64,000 bases of DNA from an uncultured bacterium (GCA_902799385.1 CADCAK010000003.1:27888-91887); one strand, 5' to 3'; counted from the first letter of the stretch, positions 41,381 to 51,420 are shown. Notes: a model not told the origin generated them from the letters alone. Numbers and translations: made by a program.

Positions 41381-41409
41381 TTGCCATTTTCTTCTTTTTT
41401 ATCTATAAT
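41381..41409 (+). promoter_or_regulatory. sigma70 promoter TTGCCA-17-TATAAT giving a leaderless rnfE mRNA
   Basis: The hexamers are near-consensus. The TATAAT ends 8 nt before ATG 41418 and there is no SD. Confidence 0.6.
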
Positions 41410-41417
41410 ATACCCGT

Positions 41418-42122
41418 ATGAAAACTTGGCTATCTTTCTGGTACGGGATTTTCAAGAACAATCCCATATTCAGGCTCGTGCTCGGGCTTTGTCCGACGCT
41501 TGCCGTTACCACGAGCCTTGAGAACGCGCTTGGCATGGGCCTCGCGGCAACGTTCGTGCTCGTCTGTTCCAACGGCCTCGTCTCGGCGCTGAGGCGCGTG
41601 ATACCGTCCGCAGTGCACATCCCGTGCTACATCGTCATCATCGCGACGTTCGTCACGGCCATCGACCTTTTGATGCAGGCGTACCTGCCCGACCTCTCCG
41701 CCTCGCTCGGCATATTCATTCCCCTTATCGTCGTCAACTGCATCATCCTCGGACGCGCCGAGGCGTTCGCCTCGAAGAACGGCATCGTTGATTCGCTCGC
41801 GGACGGCCTCGGGAGCGGCATCGGCTTCACGCTCTCCCTCGCGTTCGTCGCCGCCGTCCGCGAGATCGTCGGCGCCGGCACTCTGACCGTCTGGGGCGAC
41901 ATCGCCGTCAAGGGCATCAACCCCGGTCCCGTCACTCTCGCCATCCTTCCTGCGGGCGGCTTCATCACGCTCGGGCTTCTTCTCGCGCTGATCAACCGCA
42001 TCGGCGAGTGGAACGCGCGGCGGCACGGCGCGCCTGCGCCGCTTCCCGTGAACCTCGACTGCCGCCACTGCACGATGTGCGGCCGCGGCAAGGACGGCAA
42101 CGCCGAAGGAGGCAGGCAATGA
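41418..42122 (+). CDS. rnfE: RnfE/RsxE (NqrD-type) membrane subunit with Cys-containing C-terminal extension
   Basis: NPIFRLVLGLCPTLAVTTSLENALGMGLA and IFIPLIVVNCIILGRAEAFASKN are hallmark RnfE/NqrD motifs. There is an extra ~35-aa tail containing CRHCTMCG. Confidence 0.8.
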   Translation: MKTWLSFWYGIFKNNPIFRLVLGLCPTLAVTTSLENALGMGLAATFVLVCSNGLVSALRRVIPSAVHIPCYIVIIATFVTAIDLLMQAYLPDLSASLGIFIPLIVVNCIILGRAEAFASKNGIVDSLADGLGSGIGFTLSLAFVAAVREIVGAGTLTVWGDIAVKGINPGPVTLAILPAGGFITLGLLLALINRIGEWNARRHGAPAPLPVNLDCRHCTMCGRGKDGNAEGGRQ

Positions 42123-42562
42123 AGTGCCCCAAGTGCGGCGTCGACGACGACAAGGTGCTCGACTCGCGCGGCGCGCGCGACGGCGCGGCCATACGCCGCC
42201 GCCGCGAGTGTCTGAAGTGCGGCTACAGGTTCACGACCTACGAGGAGATCGACCGCGACGAGGTGCTCGTTATAAAGCGCGACGGCACGCGCCAGACGTT
42301 CGACCGCTCGAAGGTGGACAAGGCCATCAGGATCGCGTGCGGCAAGCGCCCCGTCAGCGACGAGCAGATACGCACGATGATCGACCATGTCGTCGCCAAC
42401 CTCGAGGGCGACGAGGTGTCGGCCGACAAGATCGCCGAGCTCGTGATGCACGAGCTCCACAAGGTGGACGAGGTCGCGTACATACGCTTTGCCAGTGTCT
42501 ACCGCCAGTTCAAGGACGTGGCGCAGTTCCTGTCCGCAATAACGGAGATCGTGAAAAAGTGA
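42119..42562 (+). CDS. nrdR: transcriptional repressor NrdR
   Basis: The MKCPKCG...CLKCGYRFTTYE zinc ribbon is followed by an ATP-cone. The ATG overlaps the rnfE stop. Confidence 0.9.
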   Translation: MKCPKCGVDDDKVLDSRGARDGAAIRRRRECLKCGYRFTTYEEIDRDEVLVIKRDGTRQTFDRSKVDKAIRIACGKRPVSDEQIRTMIDHVVANLEGDEVSADKIAELVMHELHKVDEVAYIRFASVYRQFKDVAQFLSAITEIVKK

Positions 42563-43629
42563 ACGCCGAAAGCCATAGACCGCCGGTGCGCGTGGCCCTC
42601 ATGGGGCTCGGCCGCGCAATGTTCGAGGACCACTATCCGGTCTTCAAGGCGCATCCTGCGCTGTTCAAGGTAGTCGCCGCGTGCGATCTGATGAAGGAAC
42701 GCCGCGACATCGTGGCGAAGGACTTCCCCGACTGCAAGATGTTCAGGAGGTTCGCTGACATGCTCGACGAGCGCGACATAGACGTCGTCGACATCGCGAC
42801 TTGCTCGGCCGATCACGTCGGCCACGCTCTCATGTCGCTGGAGCGCGGCTTCTGGACGCTCCTCGAGACTCCGCTCGCGCTCACGTTCGACGACGCGCAG
42901 GTCCTGCGTGGCGCCGCGCAGAAGTCCAAGAACAGGCTGCTCGTGTTCCAGCGCGGGCTTTTCGCGCCGGACTTTCTGCTTGCCAAGATGGCGATCGCCG
43001 ACGCCCGGCTCGGCGACGTGTACCAGGTGTGCATCAGGCGCGAAGACTTCATCCGCCGCGACGACTGGCAGACTGTGAAGCGCCTTGGCGGCGGCGCCGC
43101 GTACTATGCGATGCCCGACCTCATACTCCAGGCGCTCAGGCTCCTGCCGCTGCCCCCGATACAGATGTGGAGCGACCTGAAGCGCATCGCGTCGCTTGGC
43201 GACGCCGAGGACTTTGCGCATGTCAACCTCAGGACTCGCGGGGCGATATCGGCCGACATCGAGTTCAACGGCGGCGTCCTCGCGGACGACAGGGTGCCTT
43301 CGTTCGTGATACGCGGTTCACGCGGCACGTTCAAGGTCGGCCCGGGCGAGACGGAGGGGACGCTCACGGTCATCGACCCCGACTTCTCGTTCCCGAGGCG
43401 CCGCTCATCAGTCAGGACGCCCGAGCTCCTCGACATGCACGAGGACGTGCCGGTCAGGAAGATCCCGCTTGCGCTCCCCAAGGGGACGTTGCACGGGCAG
43501 AGCGCGTTCTGGCGGCACGTCTACGACACCGTGCGCACCGCAGCCGCGTTCCCTATAGGGCTTGAGGAGGCCATCGAGGCCGTCAAGTTCGCCCACCTCA
43601 TGAAGATGACAAGCCCATTCGGGAAGTGA
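42559..43629 (+). CDS. Gfo/Idh/MocA-family oxidoreductase (cytoplasmic)
   Basis: GTG 42559 overlaps the nrdR stop. VRVALMGLGRAMF is a Rossmann start. The upstream 145 codons of the track ORF are an Arg-rich artefact. Confidence 0.75.
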   Translation: MNAESHRPPVRVALMGLGRAMFEDHYPVFKAHPALFKVVAACDLMKERRDIVAKDFPDCKMFRRFADMLDERDIDVVDIATCSADHVGHALMSLERGFWTLLETPLALTFDDAQVLRGAAQKSKNRLLVFQRGLFAPDFLLAKMAIADARLGDVYQVCIRREDFIRRDDWQTVKRLGGGAAYYAMPDLILQALRLLPLPPIQMWSDLKRIASLGDAEDFAHVNLRTRGAISADIEFNGGVLADDRVPSFVIRGSRGTFKVGPGETEGTLTVIDPDFSFPRRRSSVRTPELLDMHEDVPVRKIPLALPKGTLHGQSAFWRHVYDTVRTAAAFPIGLEEAIEAVKFAHLMKMTSPFGK

Positions 43630-43635
43630 CACGCC

Positions 43636-43998
43636 ATGACGCAGAGCCTTGAAGACTACCTTGAGACGATATTCGTCCTAATCGGCGAGGGCAGGCCAGC
43701 CCAGGTGCGTGATGTGGCGCGTCTCCTCGATGTCAAGATGCCGTCCGTGGTGAAGGCAATACACGAGCTGAAGAAACTCGGCCTCGTGACGCAGGAGCCG
43801 TATTCGCCCATTAACTTGACGCCGAAGGGCGAGAGGGTCGCGACAATGGTCTTGAACAGGCACAAGCTGCTGAGGTCGTTTCTCGTCAAGCTTGGCGTAA
43901 GCCGACGCATAGCCGACAGGGACGCATGCCTGATGGAGCACATACTTTCGGCCGAGACGCTTGACAGGATCCGGGAATATACAGAGAAAAACAAATGA
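43636..43998 (+). CDS. DtxR/MntR-family metal-dependent transcriptional regulator (short form)
   Basis: LEDYLETIFVL...VRDVARLLDVKMPSVVKAIHELKKLGLV is a winged-helix segment. NRHKLLRSFL is also present. Confidence 0.8.
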   Translation: MTQSLEDYLETIFVLIGEGRPAQVRDVARLLDVKMPSVVKAIHELKKLGLVTQEPYSPINLTPKGERVATMVLNRHKLLRSFLVKLGVSRRIADRDACLMEHILSAETLDRIREYTEKNK

Positions 43999-44819
43999 AA
44001 AGTCAGATAAACATAATGAGGCAGCTGCAGGAGCTCGTCCTTACGCGGGACGAGCACCATCAGACGGGGGATGGCAGCCACCTTGATTCCCTTAACGATT
44101 CCATAGACGAGCTTCAGAAGAAGCTCGATCCGCAGAGCGCGGGCCTTTACTCGCGGCTCTACAAGAAAAGCCACATCGTCCTTGCCGCCATGTCCAACGG
44201 CTGCTGCAGCGTGTGCGGGATGCAGGTCCCCATCGCGCAGTCCCAGCAGGTCCGCCTCGGGCAGCATCTCGTGGCCTGTTCGAGCTGCGGGCGGATCCTC
44301 TTCGCGGACGACGCCGACGCCGCGCGCAACGTGGCCGAGAAGGGCGACCGCGACGAGGCCAAGACCGGCATATCCAGGTTTTCGGCAGAGGAGCTGATGC
44401 TCGTGGACCTCGGCGCGGCGTCCCGCGAAGACGCGATAGCCGCGCTTGCGAAGGCCATGGAGGACAACCACTTCATATCGAACGCCGACAGCCTTGTCGC
44501 GGCCGCCATGAACCGTGAGGCCGTGCTTTCGACCGCGATGGACGACGTCGCGTTTCCTCACGTCAGGGGCGTCGAGGGTGGCGGCCTCACTCTCGCGATG
44601 GGCGTTTCGAAGGAAGGCATCGACTGGGCCGGGGAGACGGTGCACCTCGTGTTTCTCTCCGCGATTCCCGTGGCGGTGAGCGCGTTCTACCTGAGGCTCA
44701 TGTCCGGTATCGCGCAGGCATTTTCCAAGAAGGACGTGCGCGCTGCCGCAGTGGCCTCCAAGGACGCGGCATCGCTCTGGAAGACGCTCGTCAAGGCGAC
44801 GCGCCACACGGTAAAGTGA
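43995..44819 (+). CDS. C4 zinc-ribbon (DUF164-like) fused to PTS EIIA(Ntr/Fru)-type domain
   Basis: An N-terminal coiled coil is followed by CCSVCG...CSSCGRILF. The C-terminal EIIA-2-like domain includes STAMDDVAFPHVRG, with His in the usual position. Confidence 0.7.
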   Translation: MKSQINIMRQLQELVLTRDEHHQTGDGSHLDSLNDSIDELQKKLDPQSAGLYSRLYKKSHIVLAAMSNGCCSVCGMQVPIAQSQQVRLGQHLVACSSCGRILFADDADAARNVAEKGDRDEAKTGISRFSAEELMLVDLGAASREDAIAALAKAMEDNHFISNADSLVAAAMNREAVLSTAMDDVAFPHVRGVEGGGLTLAMGVSKEGIDWAGETVHLVFLSAIPVAVSAFYLRLMSGIAQAFSKKDVRAAAVASKDAASLWKTLVKATRHTVK

Positions 44820-45823
44820 CTTCCCGCGTCTTCATATCGGCGATTGCGGCGTTCGTCGCCGCAGCCGCCTGCGCCGCCCCGGCGAGGAAGCCTGTCTCGG
44901 CGCCGCGCCGCGCCGCCGCCGTGCCGGTTCAGACCGCGCACCGCCGCTCGCCGTATGTCGGGGCCGTCTGCGCCGATGCCTCGACTGGGCGCATTCTCTC
45001 CACCGAGAACGCCGACGCCGAGGCGTACCCCGCGAGCGTGACGAAGCTCATGACGATGTTTCTCGTCCTTGAGGACGTGCATGCGGGGAAGTACGGCCTT
45101 GACTCCCGTGCCGTGGCGACGCCGGACGTCAATAGGTGCGAGGCGAGCTGGATCGGCATCAAGGCCGGCGAGTCCATGACGGTGCGCGACCTGTGCCTCG
45201 CGCTGATGGTCGAGAGCGCGAACGACGCGGCGATAGTCCTCGCCGTCAACTCTGCGGGGTCGTTCGACGGCTTCGTCGCGAGGATGAACGCCCGCGCGGC
45301 CGAGCTTGGCATGGCGCGGACGCGCTACTACAACCCGAACGGGCTTCCGCCCAATTCGTCGAGGCGCTATCCGTGGAAGTCGTTCAACGTCTCGACGGCG
45401 AGCGACCAGCTGAAGCTCGCGCTTGCGCTTCTGAGGTTCCCCGAGACGCTTGAGTTCACTTCAGTGAAGACGTGCGACCTCGTGAAGACCCCGGGCGGGT
45501 ACCGCGTGTCGGTGACGCGCCGGGTCAACGAGCCACCGAGCAAGACCGGGCTCCTGCCCGGGGAGAGCGTCGTCAAGAACCTCTGCAACCACAACAACGT
45601 GATGGTGAAAGACAGGCAGAAGATCTTCAATCCGGACGGGCGCGAGGCCGTGGACGGCCTCAAGACCGGCTACATCGACGCCGGCGGCTCGTCGGTTGTC
45701 ATAACCGGGACGCGTGGCGGCAAGCGCGCCGTCGCGGTCGTCCTCGGGTCGTCATCCTCCAGGGAACGCGACGAACACGCCGCGAGGCTTGTCTCCGACG
45801 CGCTCGGGGCCCTCGCCTGGTAA
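44816..45823 (+). CDS. D-alanyl-D-alanine carboxypeptidase (S11 family PBP)
   Basis: GTG overlaps the upstream stop and a signal peptide is present. The three motifs are SVTK, SAND and KTG. Confidence 0.8.
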   Translation: MTSRVFISAIAAFVAAAACAAPARKPVSAPRRAAAVPVQTAHRRSPYVGAVCADASTGRILSTENADAEAYPASVTKLMTMFLVLEDVHAGKYGLDSRAVATPDVNRCEASWIGIKAGESMTVRDLCLALMVESANDAAIVLAVNSAGSFDGFVARMNARAAELGMARTRYYNPNGLPPNSSRRYPWKSFNVSTASDQLKLALALLRFPETLEFTSVKTCDLVKTPGGYRVSVTRRVNEPPSKTGLLPGESVVKNLCNHNNVMVKDRQKIFNPDGREAVDGLKTGYIDAGGSSVVITGTRGGKRAVAVVLGSSSSRERDEHAARLVSDALGALAW

Positions 45824-45860
45824 TAACGGACAATGCCAAAAAGGCGCAAACGACAAGAAT

Positions 45861-46850
45861 ATGAAAAAGGCACTGGTAACTGGCGGGGCGGGATTCCTCG
45901 GAAGCCATGTCTGCAAGCGGCTGCTTGCGGACGGCTACGAGGTGACTGCGCTGGACAACCTCTTCACTGGGACGAAGGAGAACATCTACGAGCTTCTCGA
46001 CGACAAGCGCTTCTCGTTCGTCCTGCACGACGTGACGCAGCCTTTCTGGGGGCAGTTCGACGAGATATACAACCTCGCCTGCCCCGCCTCGCCGATACAC
46101 TACCAGAAGAACCCCGTCGAGACGACGAAGAGCTCGGTACTCGGCACCATGAACATGCTCGAGCTCGCGCTCAAGACGAAGGCGCGCATGCTCCACACCT
46201 CTACGAGCGAGATATACGGCGATCCGCTCGTGCATCCGCAGGTCGAGGAATACTGGGGCAACGTCAACACGATAGGCCTAAGGAGTTGCTACGACGAGGG
46301 CAAGCGCGTCGCTGAGACGCTGTGCGCCGACTACCGCCGCCAGTACGGCGTGGACGTGCGCATGGTGCGCATCTTCAATACCTACGGGCCGAAGATGCAC
46401 CCTAACGACGGGCGCGTCATATCCAACTTCATCATGCAGGCGCTCGCTAACCGCGACATCACGCTCTTCGGCGACGGCAGGCAGACGCGCTCGTTCCAGT
46501 ACTGCGACGACCTCGTCGAGGCGTTTCGCCGCTACATGGAGCTCTCGCCCAAGAAGATCACCGCGTTCTTCGGCGGCAGGAAGGTGAAGGGGCGCGTCAC
46601 GCCCGCAGTGCCGGTGATCAACACAGGCAACCCCGGGGAGTACACGATTCGCGAGCTCGCGGAGGAGACGCTTAGGCAGTTGCCCGAGTCGAAGTCGAAG
46701 ATTGTCTTCAAGCCGCTCCCCGAGGACGACCCGAAGCGCCGCAAGCCCGACATCGCGCTCGCAAAGGCGCTGCTCGGCTGGGAGCCCAAGGTCCCCCTCA
46801 GGGAAGGGCTTGCGAGGACGATAGTGTATTTCAAGGGCAGGCACGCCTAA
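45861..46850 (+). CDS. uxs: UDP-glucuronate decarboxylase (UDP-xylose synthase)
   Basis: [19 protein letters not shown] and YDEGKR are SDR motifs typical of UXS. Confidence 0.9.
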   Translation: MKKALVTGGAGFLGSHVCKRLLADGYEVTALDNLFTGTKENIYELLDDKRFSFVLHDVTQPFWGQFDEIYNLACPASPIHYQKNPVETTKSSVLGTMNMLELALKTKARMLHTSTSEIYGDPLVHPQVEEYWGNVNTIGLRSCYDEGKRVAETLCADYRRQYGVDVRMVRIFNTYGPKMHPNDGRVISNFIMQALANRDITLFGDGRQTRSFQYCDDLVEAFRRYMELSPKKITAFFGGRKVKGRVTPAVPVINTGNPGEYTIRELAEETLRQLPESKSKIVFKPLPEDDPKRRKPDIALAKALLGWEPKVPLREGLARTIVYFKGRHA

Positions 46851-46867
46851 CGCCATGCCGAGGCATA

Positions 46868-46897
46868 TTGCAAGTTTGGCAATGTATGTGGTATAAT
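46868..46897 (+). promoter_or_regulatory. promoter TTGCAA-18-(TGG)TATAAT
   Basis: An exact TGGTATAAT at 46889-46897 lies 74 nt upstream of the Tat-oxidoreductase operon. Confidence 0.5.
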
Positions 46898-46971
46898 ACC
46901 GTGAAAATGCCAAAGGCACGATGCAAGTTTCAGTTCAAAAGTCAAACAAATCAAAATAAAGGAAAAACACG

Positions 46972-48531
46972 ATGATCAGTTCCAGCAGAAGAGGGTTTCT
47001 CCGCGGTCTTGCGGGGGTTTCGTTGTTCAGCGCGGGCGGGTGCTTCACGCCGTCCCCCCGCAAGCCCGGCCAGAAGGTCCGCCTCGCGGCGGTCGGCATC
47101 ATGGGTAAGGGCTACAGCGACTGGACGCCCATGCTCAAGACCGGCCTCGTTGAAATGGTCGCGTTCTGCGACGCCGACGCGACGATGCTTGAGAAGGCGC
47201 TCCGGAAGGCGAAGAAGGATTTCCCCGGACTGGACCTCTCGAAGGTTCCTTTCTACACCGACTACCGCAAGCTCCTCGATGACGCCGACAAGCTCGGCAT
47301 CGACGCGATGACGATTTCGACGCCCGACCACGTCCACGCGCCCGTCGCCATCCAGGCGATGAAGAAGGGCATCCACGTCTACGTCCAGAAGCCCCTCGTC
47401 CGCACCCTCTGGGAGCTCGAGTACTTCGAGAAGACCGCCCGCGAGAACGGCGTCGTCGTCCAGATGGGCAACCAGGGCTCGTCGCTCGACTCGATGCGCC
47501 GCTGCACCGAGGTCCTCCAGAGCGGCATCCTCGGCGAGGTAAAGGAAGTCCACGTCTGGACGAACCGTCCCGTGTGGCCGCAGGGCAAGGGCGTCGCCGA
47601 CTGGGTCAAGGGCCATCCGCAGGGCGATCCCGTCCGCAAGGGGCTCGACTGGAACGCATGGCTCGCGACGGCTGCGGACCGTCCGTTCCTCGACCAGTAT
47701 CCGAAGGACGCCGACGTGTACGATCCGTGGAACCTCGGCAAGAACGTCTACCACACCTTCACGTGGCGCGGCTTCTTCGACTTCGGCGCGGGCGCGTTCG
47801 GCGACATGGCGTGCCACACGATGAACCTCGCGTTCCGCGGCCTTGAGCTCGGCGGCGTCTCCGACGCGATTTGCACGAAGGTCGTCTCCCAGAACGACGT
47901 CGCCTATCCCCTCAGGTCGATCGTCAAGCTCACGTACAAGGAGCGCGACTCGAAGGTGCGCCCCGGCGCCAGGCTCCCCGCCGTCACGCTCTACTGGTAC
48001 GACGGCGACGAGAAGCCGTCGGCCGAGCTCATGCCCAAGTGGGCGGCGAAGCATGAGGGCAAGGTGCCCAACACCGGTTGCCTCATGATCGGCACCAAGG
48101 GACAGGTCCTCATGCAGGATGACTACGGCGCGAAGTGCGCCATCGCGCTTGAGGCCGACAAGGAGTTCAAGGACGTGTTCAAGCACGAGGCCGCCAAGGC
48201 TGTCGCCCGCTCGATCCCGTATTGCAACGACAAGCCGTCTTCCGCTGGCGACGGCAAGTCGACCGTCGAGATGACGGGCTTCGCCGAGGGCCACTACGGT
48301 GAGTTCGTCCGCGCGATCTTCGGCGTCGGGCCCTACTACGAGCAGACGCATTCCCGCTGCTTCTCCGACATCGAGTACTGCATTCCGCAGATGGAGGGAA
48401 TCCTCGTCGGCTGCGTCGCGCAGCGCCTGCCGAACCAGAAGCTTAACTGGTGCTCCAAGACGCAGAAGTTCGATGTCGCGGCCGCGAACGCGTTCGTGAA
48501 GCCGTACATCCGCGAGGGATGGAAGTTCTAA
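46972..48531 (+). CDS. Tat-exported Gfo/Idh/MocA-family oxidoreductase
   Basis: The twin-arginine leader is SSRRGFLRGLAG. A Rossmann VRLAAVGIMGKG segment and a large C-terminal domain are present. Confidence 0.8.
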   Translation: MISSSRRGFLRGLAGVSLFSAGGCFTPSPRKPGQKVRLAAVGIMGKGYSDWTPMLKTGLVEMVAFCDADATMLEKALRKAKKDFPGLDLSKVPFYTDYRKLLDDADKLGIDAMTISTPDHVHAPVAIQAMKKGIHVYVQKPLVRTLWELEYFEKTARENGVVVQMGNQGSSLDSMRRCTEVLQSGILGEVKEVHVWTNRPVWPQGKGVADWVKGHPQGDPVRKGLDWNAWLATAADRPFLDQYPKDADVYDPWNLGKNVYHTFTWRGFFDFGAGAFGDMACHTMNLAFRGLELGGVSDAICTKVVSQNDVAYPLRSIVKLTYKERDSKVRPGARLPAVTLYWYDGDEKPSAELMPKWAAKHEGKVPNTGCLMIGTKGQVLMQDDYGAKCAIALEADKEFKDVFKHEAAKAVARSIPYCNDKPSSAGDGKSTVEMTGFAEGHYGEFVRAIFGVGPYYEQTHSRCFSDIEYCIPQMEGILVGCVAQRLPNQKLNWCSKTQKFDVAAANAFVKPYIREGWKF

Positions 48532-48552
48532 TCAAGATTGGAAGGTTCACAC

Positions 48553-49797
48553 ATGAATCGTCGTGAATTCTTCAAGGGGGCCGCGGCGCTTGCTGCGGTC
48601 GCCCCTGTCGTCTCTAAGGAGGCGTTCGCCCATGCCGCGAAGCCGAAGCCGGGCAACAACCCGATCTGGCTCATGACGTCGGCGTTTCCCGGCGACGACT
48701 TCGACGGTGTCGTAAGGCGCGCCCTCGAAGTCGGCGCCCAGGGCCTGGAGCTATGCGTCTTCCGCCGCGACTCCGACCGCACTGACCACGTCGCCACGCA
48801 CCTCGACTACAAGAACTTCACGCCCGAAAAGGCGAAGTACGTCGTCGACACGTGCAACCGCACGGGGCTCCGCATCTCCGTTGGCTCCTACGACAACCTC
48901 ATCGGGGGCGACTTCCAGGAGGCGAACCAGAACCATATCCTCGGCCTCGTGCGCATCGCGGCGATGCTCGGCGGCGACGCCAACGACGTCGTCTGCGGCA
49001 CCTTCGTCGGCTACGACCAGAAGCTCGGCGCGGAGGACCGCGGCTTCGAGAAGAACCTCGAGAAGTTCAAGAAGGTCTTCACGCCCATCCTGAAGTACGC
49101 AAAGGACCTCGGCGTCACGCTGTGCGTCGAGAACTGCCCGATGGAGGGCTGGGTCCCCGCGTCGTCGCCCGTCTGCTACTGCAACTTGCCCGGCTGCCTC
49201 GCGGCCCGTAAGCTCATGTACGCGATACTCGACGATAGCTCGAATCTCCAGGAGACGTACGACCCCTCGCACGACATCTGGCAGCACATCGACCCATCCG
49301 ACGTCATAAGCGCCATGGACTTCTCGAAGCTCCGCCGCATCCATATCAAGGGCACCAGGAACTTCCCGAACGACGAGGAGGCCGTGAACTGGGGCCGTCT
49401 CTTCCCGCGCCAGCGCGTCAGCGACGCACTTGCGGCGAAGGCGGGCCTTCCCGCGCTTCCGCCGGACGAGAAGGGCGGCAACTGGGACCGCATGAACTAC
49501 GAGCCGCGCCTGCCGGGCTTCGGCGGCAGCGACTCCTGCGACTGGACCAAGTTCCTCGAGACGCTCATGGCGAAGGGCTTCAAGTACCCGTTCGTCATCG
49601 AGAACGAGGGCTGCAACAGTTCGCACACTGGCAACATGGGCGCCACGATGCAGGGCTTCAAGGCGACGATCCTAAACACGGCTCCCGTCGTGTGGCCTCT
49701 CGGCCCGAACGGATACGCGTTTGACAAGTCCGCGCTCAAGCCCATGAAGCTCGGCAACACCAACATCAGACAAGTCACAATAAAGGATCTTACATGA
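48553..49797 (+). CDS. Tat-signal sugar phosphate isomerase/epimerase (xylose-isomerase-like TIM barrel)
   Basis: MNRREFFKGAAALA is a Tat leader. TIM-barrel pattern with LCVENCP is present. Confidence 0.7.
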   Translation: MNRREFFKGAAALAAVAPVVSKEAFAHAAKPKPGNNPIWLMTSAFPGDDFDGVVRRALEVGAQGLELCVFRRDSDRTDHVATHLDYKNFTPEKAKYVVDTCNRTGLRISVGSYDNLIGGDFQEANQNHILGLVRIAAMLGGDANDVVCGTFVGYDQKLGAEDRGFEKNLEKFKKVFTPILKYAKDLGVTLCVENCPMEGWVPASSPVCYCNLPGCLAARKLMYAILDDSSNLQETYDPSHDIWQHIDPSDVISAMDFSKLRRIHIKGTRNFPNDEEAVNWGRLFPRQRVSDALAAKAGLPALPPDEKGGNWDRMNYEPRLPGFGGSDSCDWTKFLETLMAKGFKYPFVIENEGCNSSHTGNMGATMQGFKATILNTAPVVWPLGPNGYAFDKSALKPMKLGNTNIRQVTIKDLT

Positions 49798-50804
49798 TGA
49801 ACATCTCGCGCAGAAACTTCCTCGGCGGAATTACCGCCGCTTCCGCGTTCGCGGCGGCTCCAGGCTGCTGCTCGCTCTGCAAGTCCTGCCGTCCCGGCAA
49901 GGTCGCGCTGCAGCTCTACTCGCTCAACAAGTGGATTCCCGCCCAGGACAAGGTCGGCAAGGTCGCCCTTGCGAAGGCGCTCAAGAAGATTGGCGAGATC
50001 GGCTTTGAGGGCGTCGAGTTCGCGGGCTACTACGGCGCAAACCCGGCAGAGCTCAAGGCAATGCTCGCCGATGCTGGACTCGCCCCGGTCGGCACGCACG
50101 TCTCGAACGACAAGTATGGCTTCGACACGAAGAAGTTCACGTACAACCCCGAAGTCCTCAAGAAGACGGCGGAGTTCGAGCTCGGCTACGGCAATACCCT
50201 CGTCATCTGCCCCGGCGGCGGCAACTTCCCGCCCGGATGCACCTGGTCCACGGGTCGGGGCGGCGAGCCCTGCAAGCCCTCGCAGGAGATCGATGACTTC
50301 ACGAAGAGGCTCGTCGAGCTCTACAACAAGGCTGCGGTCGACGCGACAAGGCTCGGCATCAAGATTGGCCTCCACAACCACACGTGGGAGCATGCGATCT
50401 TCATGCAGGACGGCACCTCGTTCTGGGACTACTTCTTCACAAACACCGACAAGGCAGTCTGCATGGAGCAGGACGTAGGCTGGACTACCTGCGCCGGCGA
50501 CACAATCCCCGGCGTCAACCCGATGGTCCAGTACAAGAAGTACCCCCACCGCTCGCCTACGCTCCACGCGAAGGAGAACGGGATGGGCAAGGGCGTCAAG
50601 AAGTTCGACGCTATCCTCGGCCAGCCCGGGTGCGACGCGAACGGCAAGAGGTGCGCCACGCCTGTTGATTGGGACGCGCTCTTCCCCGTCACCGACGCCG
50701 ACGGCGTCGAGTGGTATGTCGTAGAGTGCGAGCGTCACTTCGACGACATCAACGGTGCGGTCATCCCGTCGTTCAACTTCCTCAAGTCCAAGGGCCGCGT
50801 CTGA
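49794..50804 (+). CDS. Tat-signal sugar phosphate isomerase/epimerase (xylose-isomerase-like TIM barrel)
   Basis: SRRNFLGG is a Tat leader. VALQLYSL and GFEGVEFAGY are typical of the family. The ATG overlaps the upstream stop. Confidence 0.75.
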   Translation: MMNISRRNFLGGITAASAFAAAPGCCSLCKSCRPGKVALQLYSLNKWIPAQDKVGKVALAKALKKIGEIGFEGVEFAGYYGANPAELKAMLADAGLAPVGTHVSNDKYGFDTKKFTYNPEVLKKTAEFELGYGNTLVICPGGGNFPPGCTWSTGRGGEPCKPSQEIDDFTKRLVELYNKAAVDATRLGIKIGLHNHTWEHAIFMQDGTSFWDYFFTNTDKAVCMEQDVGWTTCAGDTIPGVNPMVQYKKYPHRSPTLHAKENGMGKGVKKFDAILGQPGCDANGKRCATPVDWDALFPVTDADGVEWYVVECERHFDDINGAVIPSFNFLKSKGRV

Positions 50805-50830
50805 CGGCGGCCATGCATGTGCATGGGGGA

Positions 50831-50860
50831 AAGGGCGCGGCAGGTTTGCCGCGCCCTTTT
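50831..50860 (+). terminator. rho-independent terminator
   Basis: AAGGGCGCGGC-aggttt-GCCGCGCCCTT runs into TTTT. Confidence 0.85.
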
Positions 50861-50863
50861 CAG

Positions 50864-51031
50864 TCAGTCATCTGAATTCCCGTAGCCTTTTGCGCGGAAG
50901 GCGCGGTCGCTTGACGGCGCGTGGCCGTAGTAGTCGGTGTAGATGCGTGTGAAGTAGCTTTGCGTCGAGAAGTCGGTCCTTACGGCAAGGGAACGTTCCT
51001 CGTGAAGTCGGATCGAACCCCAGAATACTTT
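50864..51031 (-). pseudogene. AraC-family HTH C-terminal remnant
   Basis: The minus-strand translation ...DFSTQSYFTRIYTDYYGHAPSSDRAFR matches the end of the second AraC helix-turn-helix. No sensor domain or credible N-terminus is present. Confidence 0.45.
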
Positions 51032-51039
51032 ATTTGCCC

Positions 51040-51180
51040 CGTGACGGTGGAAAGTTTGCCGGTGTGACGCTTTCGCTTGCCGAAGGTACGCCGTATTGGG
51101 TAAAGGACGTTTCAATCAACGAGGACAACGAAATTGTCCTCGACGTCAAGCCAATGGGCACGACGGTTTTCCTCAGGTAA
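51040..51180 (+). pseudogene. C-terminal remnant of a surface-protein paralogue
   Basis: The frame is open without a start codon: ...GKFAGVTLSLAEGTPYWVKDVSINEDNEIVLDVKPMGTTVFLR*. Its tail architecture resembles the end of 38405-41302 (...AKNGKLRVLPRPFALKLR*). Confidence 0.35.
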
Positions 51181-51314
51181 GCTACATACATACGCTCATT
51201 TTGCGGGGGCTTCTCTTGATTTTTCGGGGGAGCCCCCGGGCATTTTTGAAAACTCCCCGAAATTGCGGGAAAACCCCCTTAACTATCAGTTAAAAACCCC
51301 TGGATTTCGGGCTA

Positions 51315-51420
51315 AAAGACATAGTAGTCTTTGGTGTAAAGACATAGAGGTCTTTGGGTTAAAGAGGTCTATACCTTTACCCCCCCAAGACCTATACCTC
51401 TTTAACCTAAGGAGGTCTAT
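51315..51420 (+). repeat. cluster of short iteron-like direct repeats
   Basis: AAAGACATAGTAGTCTTTGG (51315-51334) and AAAGACATAGAGGTCTTTGG (51338-51357) are 18/20 identical. They are followed by AGAGGTCTATACCTTT, GACCTATACCTCTTT and GGAGGTCTATATCTTTT. Confidence 0.6.

Noticed and set aside
51315-51420. Possible CRISPR array
   Set aside because: The repeats are only about 15-20 nt, imperfect and spaced by 3-10 nt rather than 25-40-nt spacers. No cas genes are present in the window.
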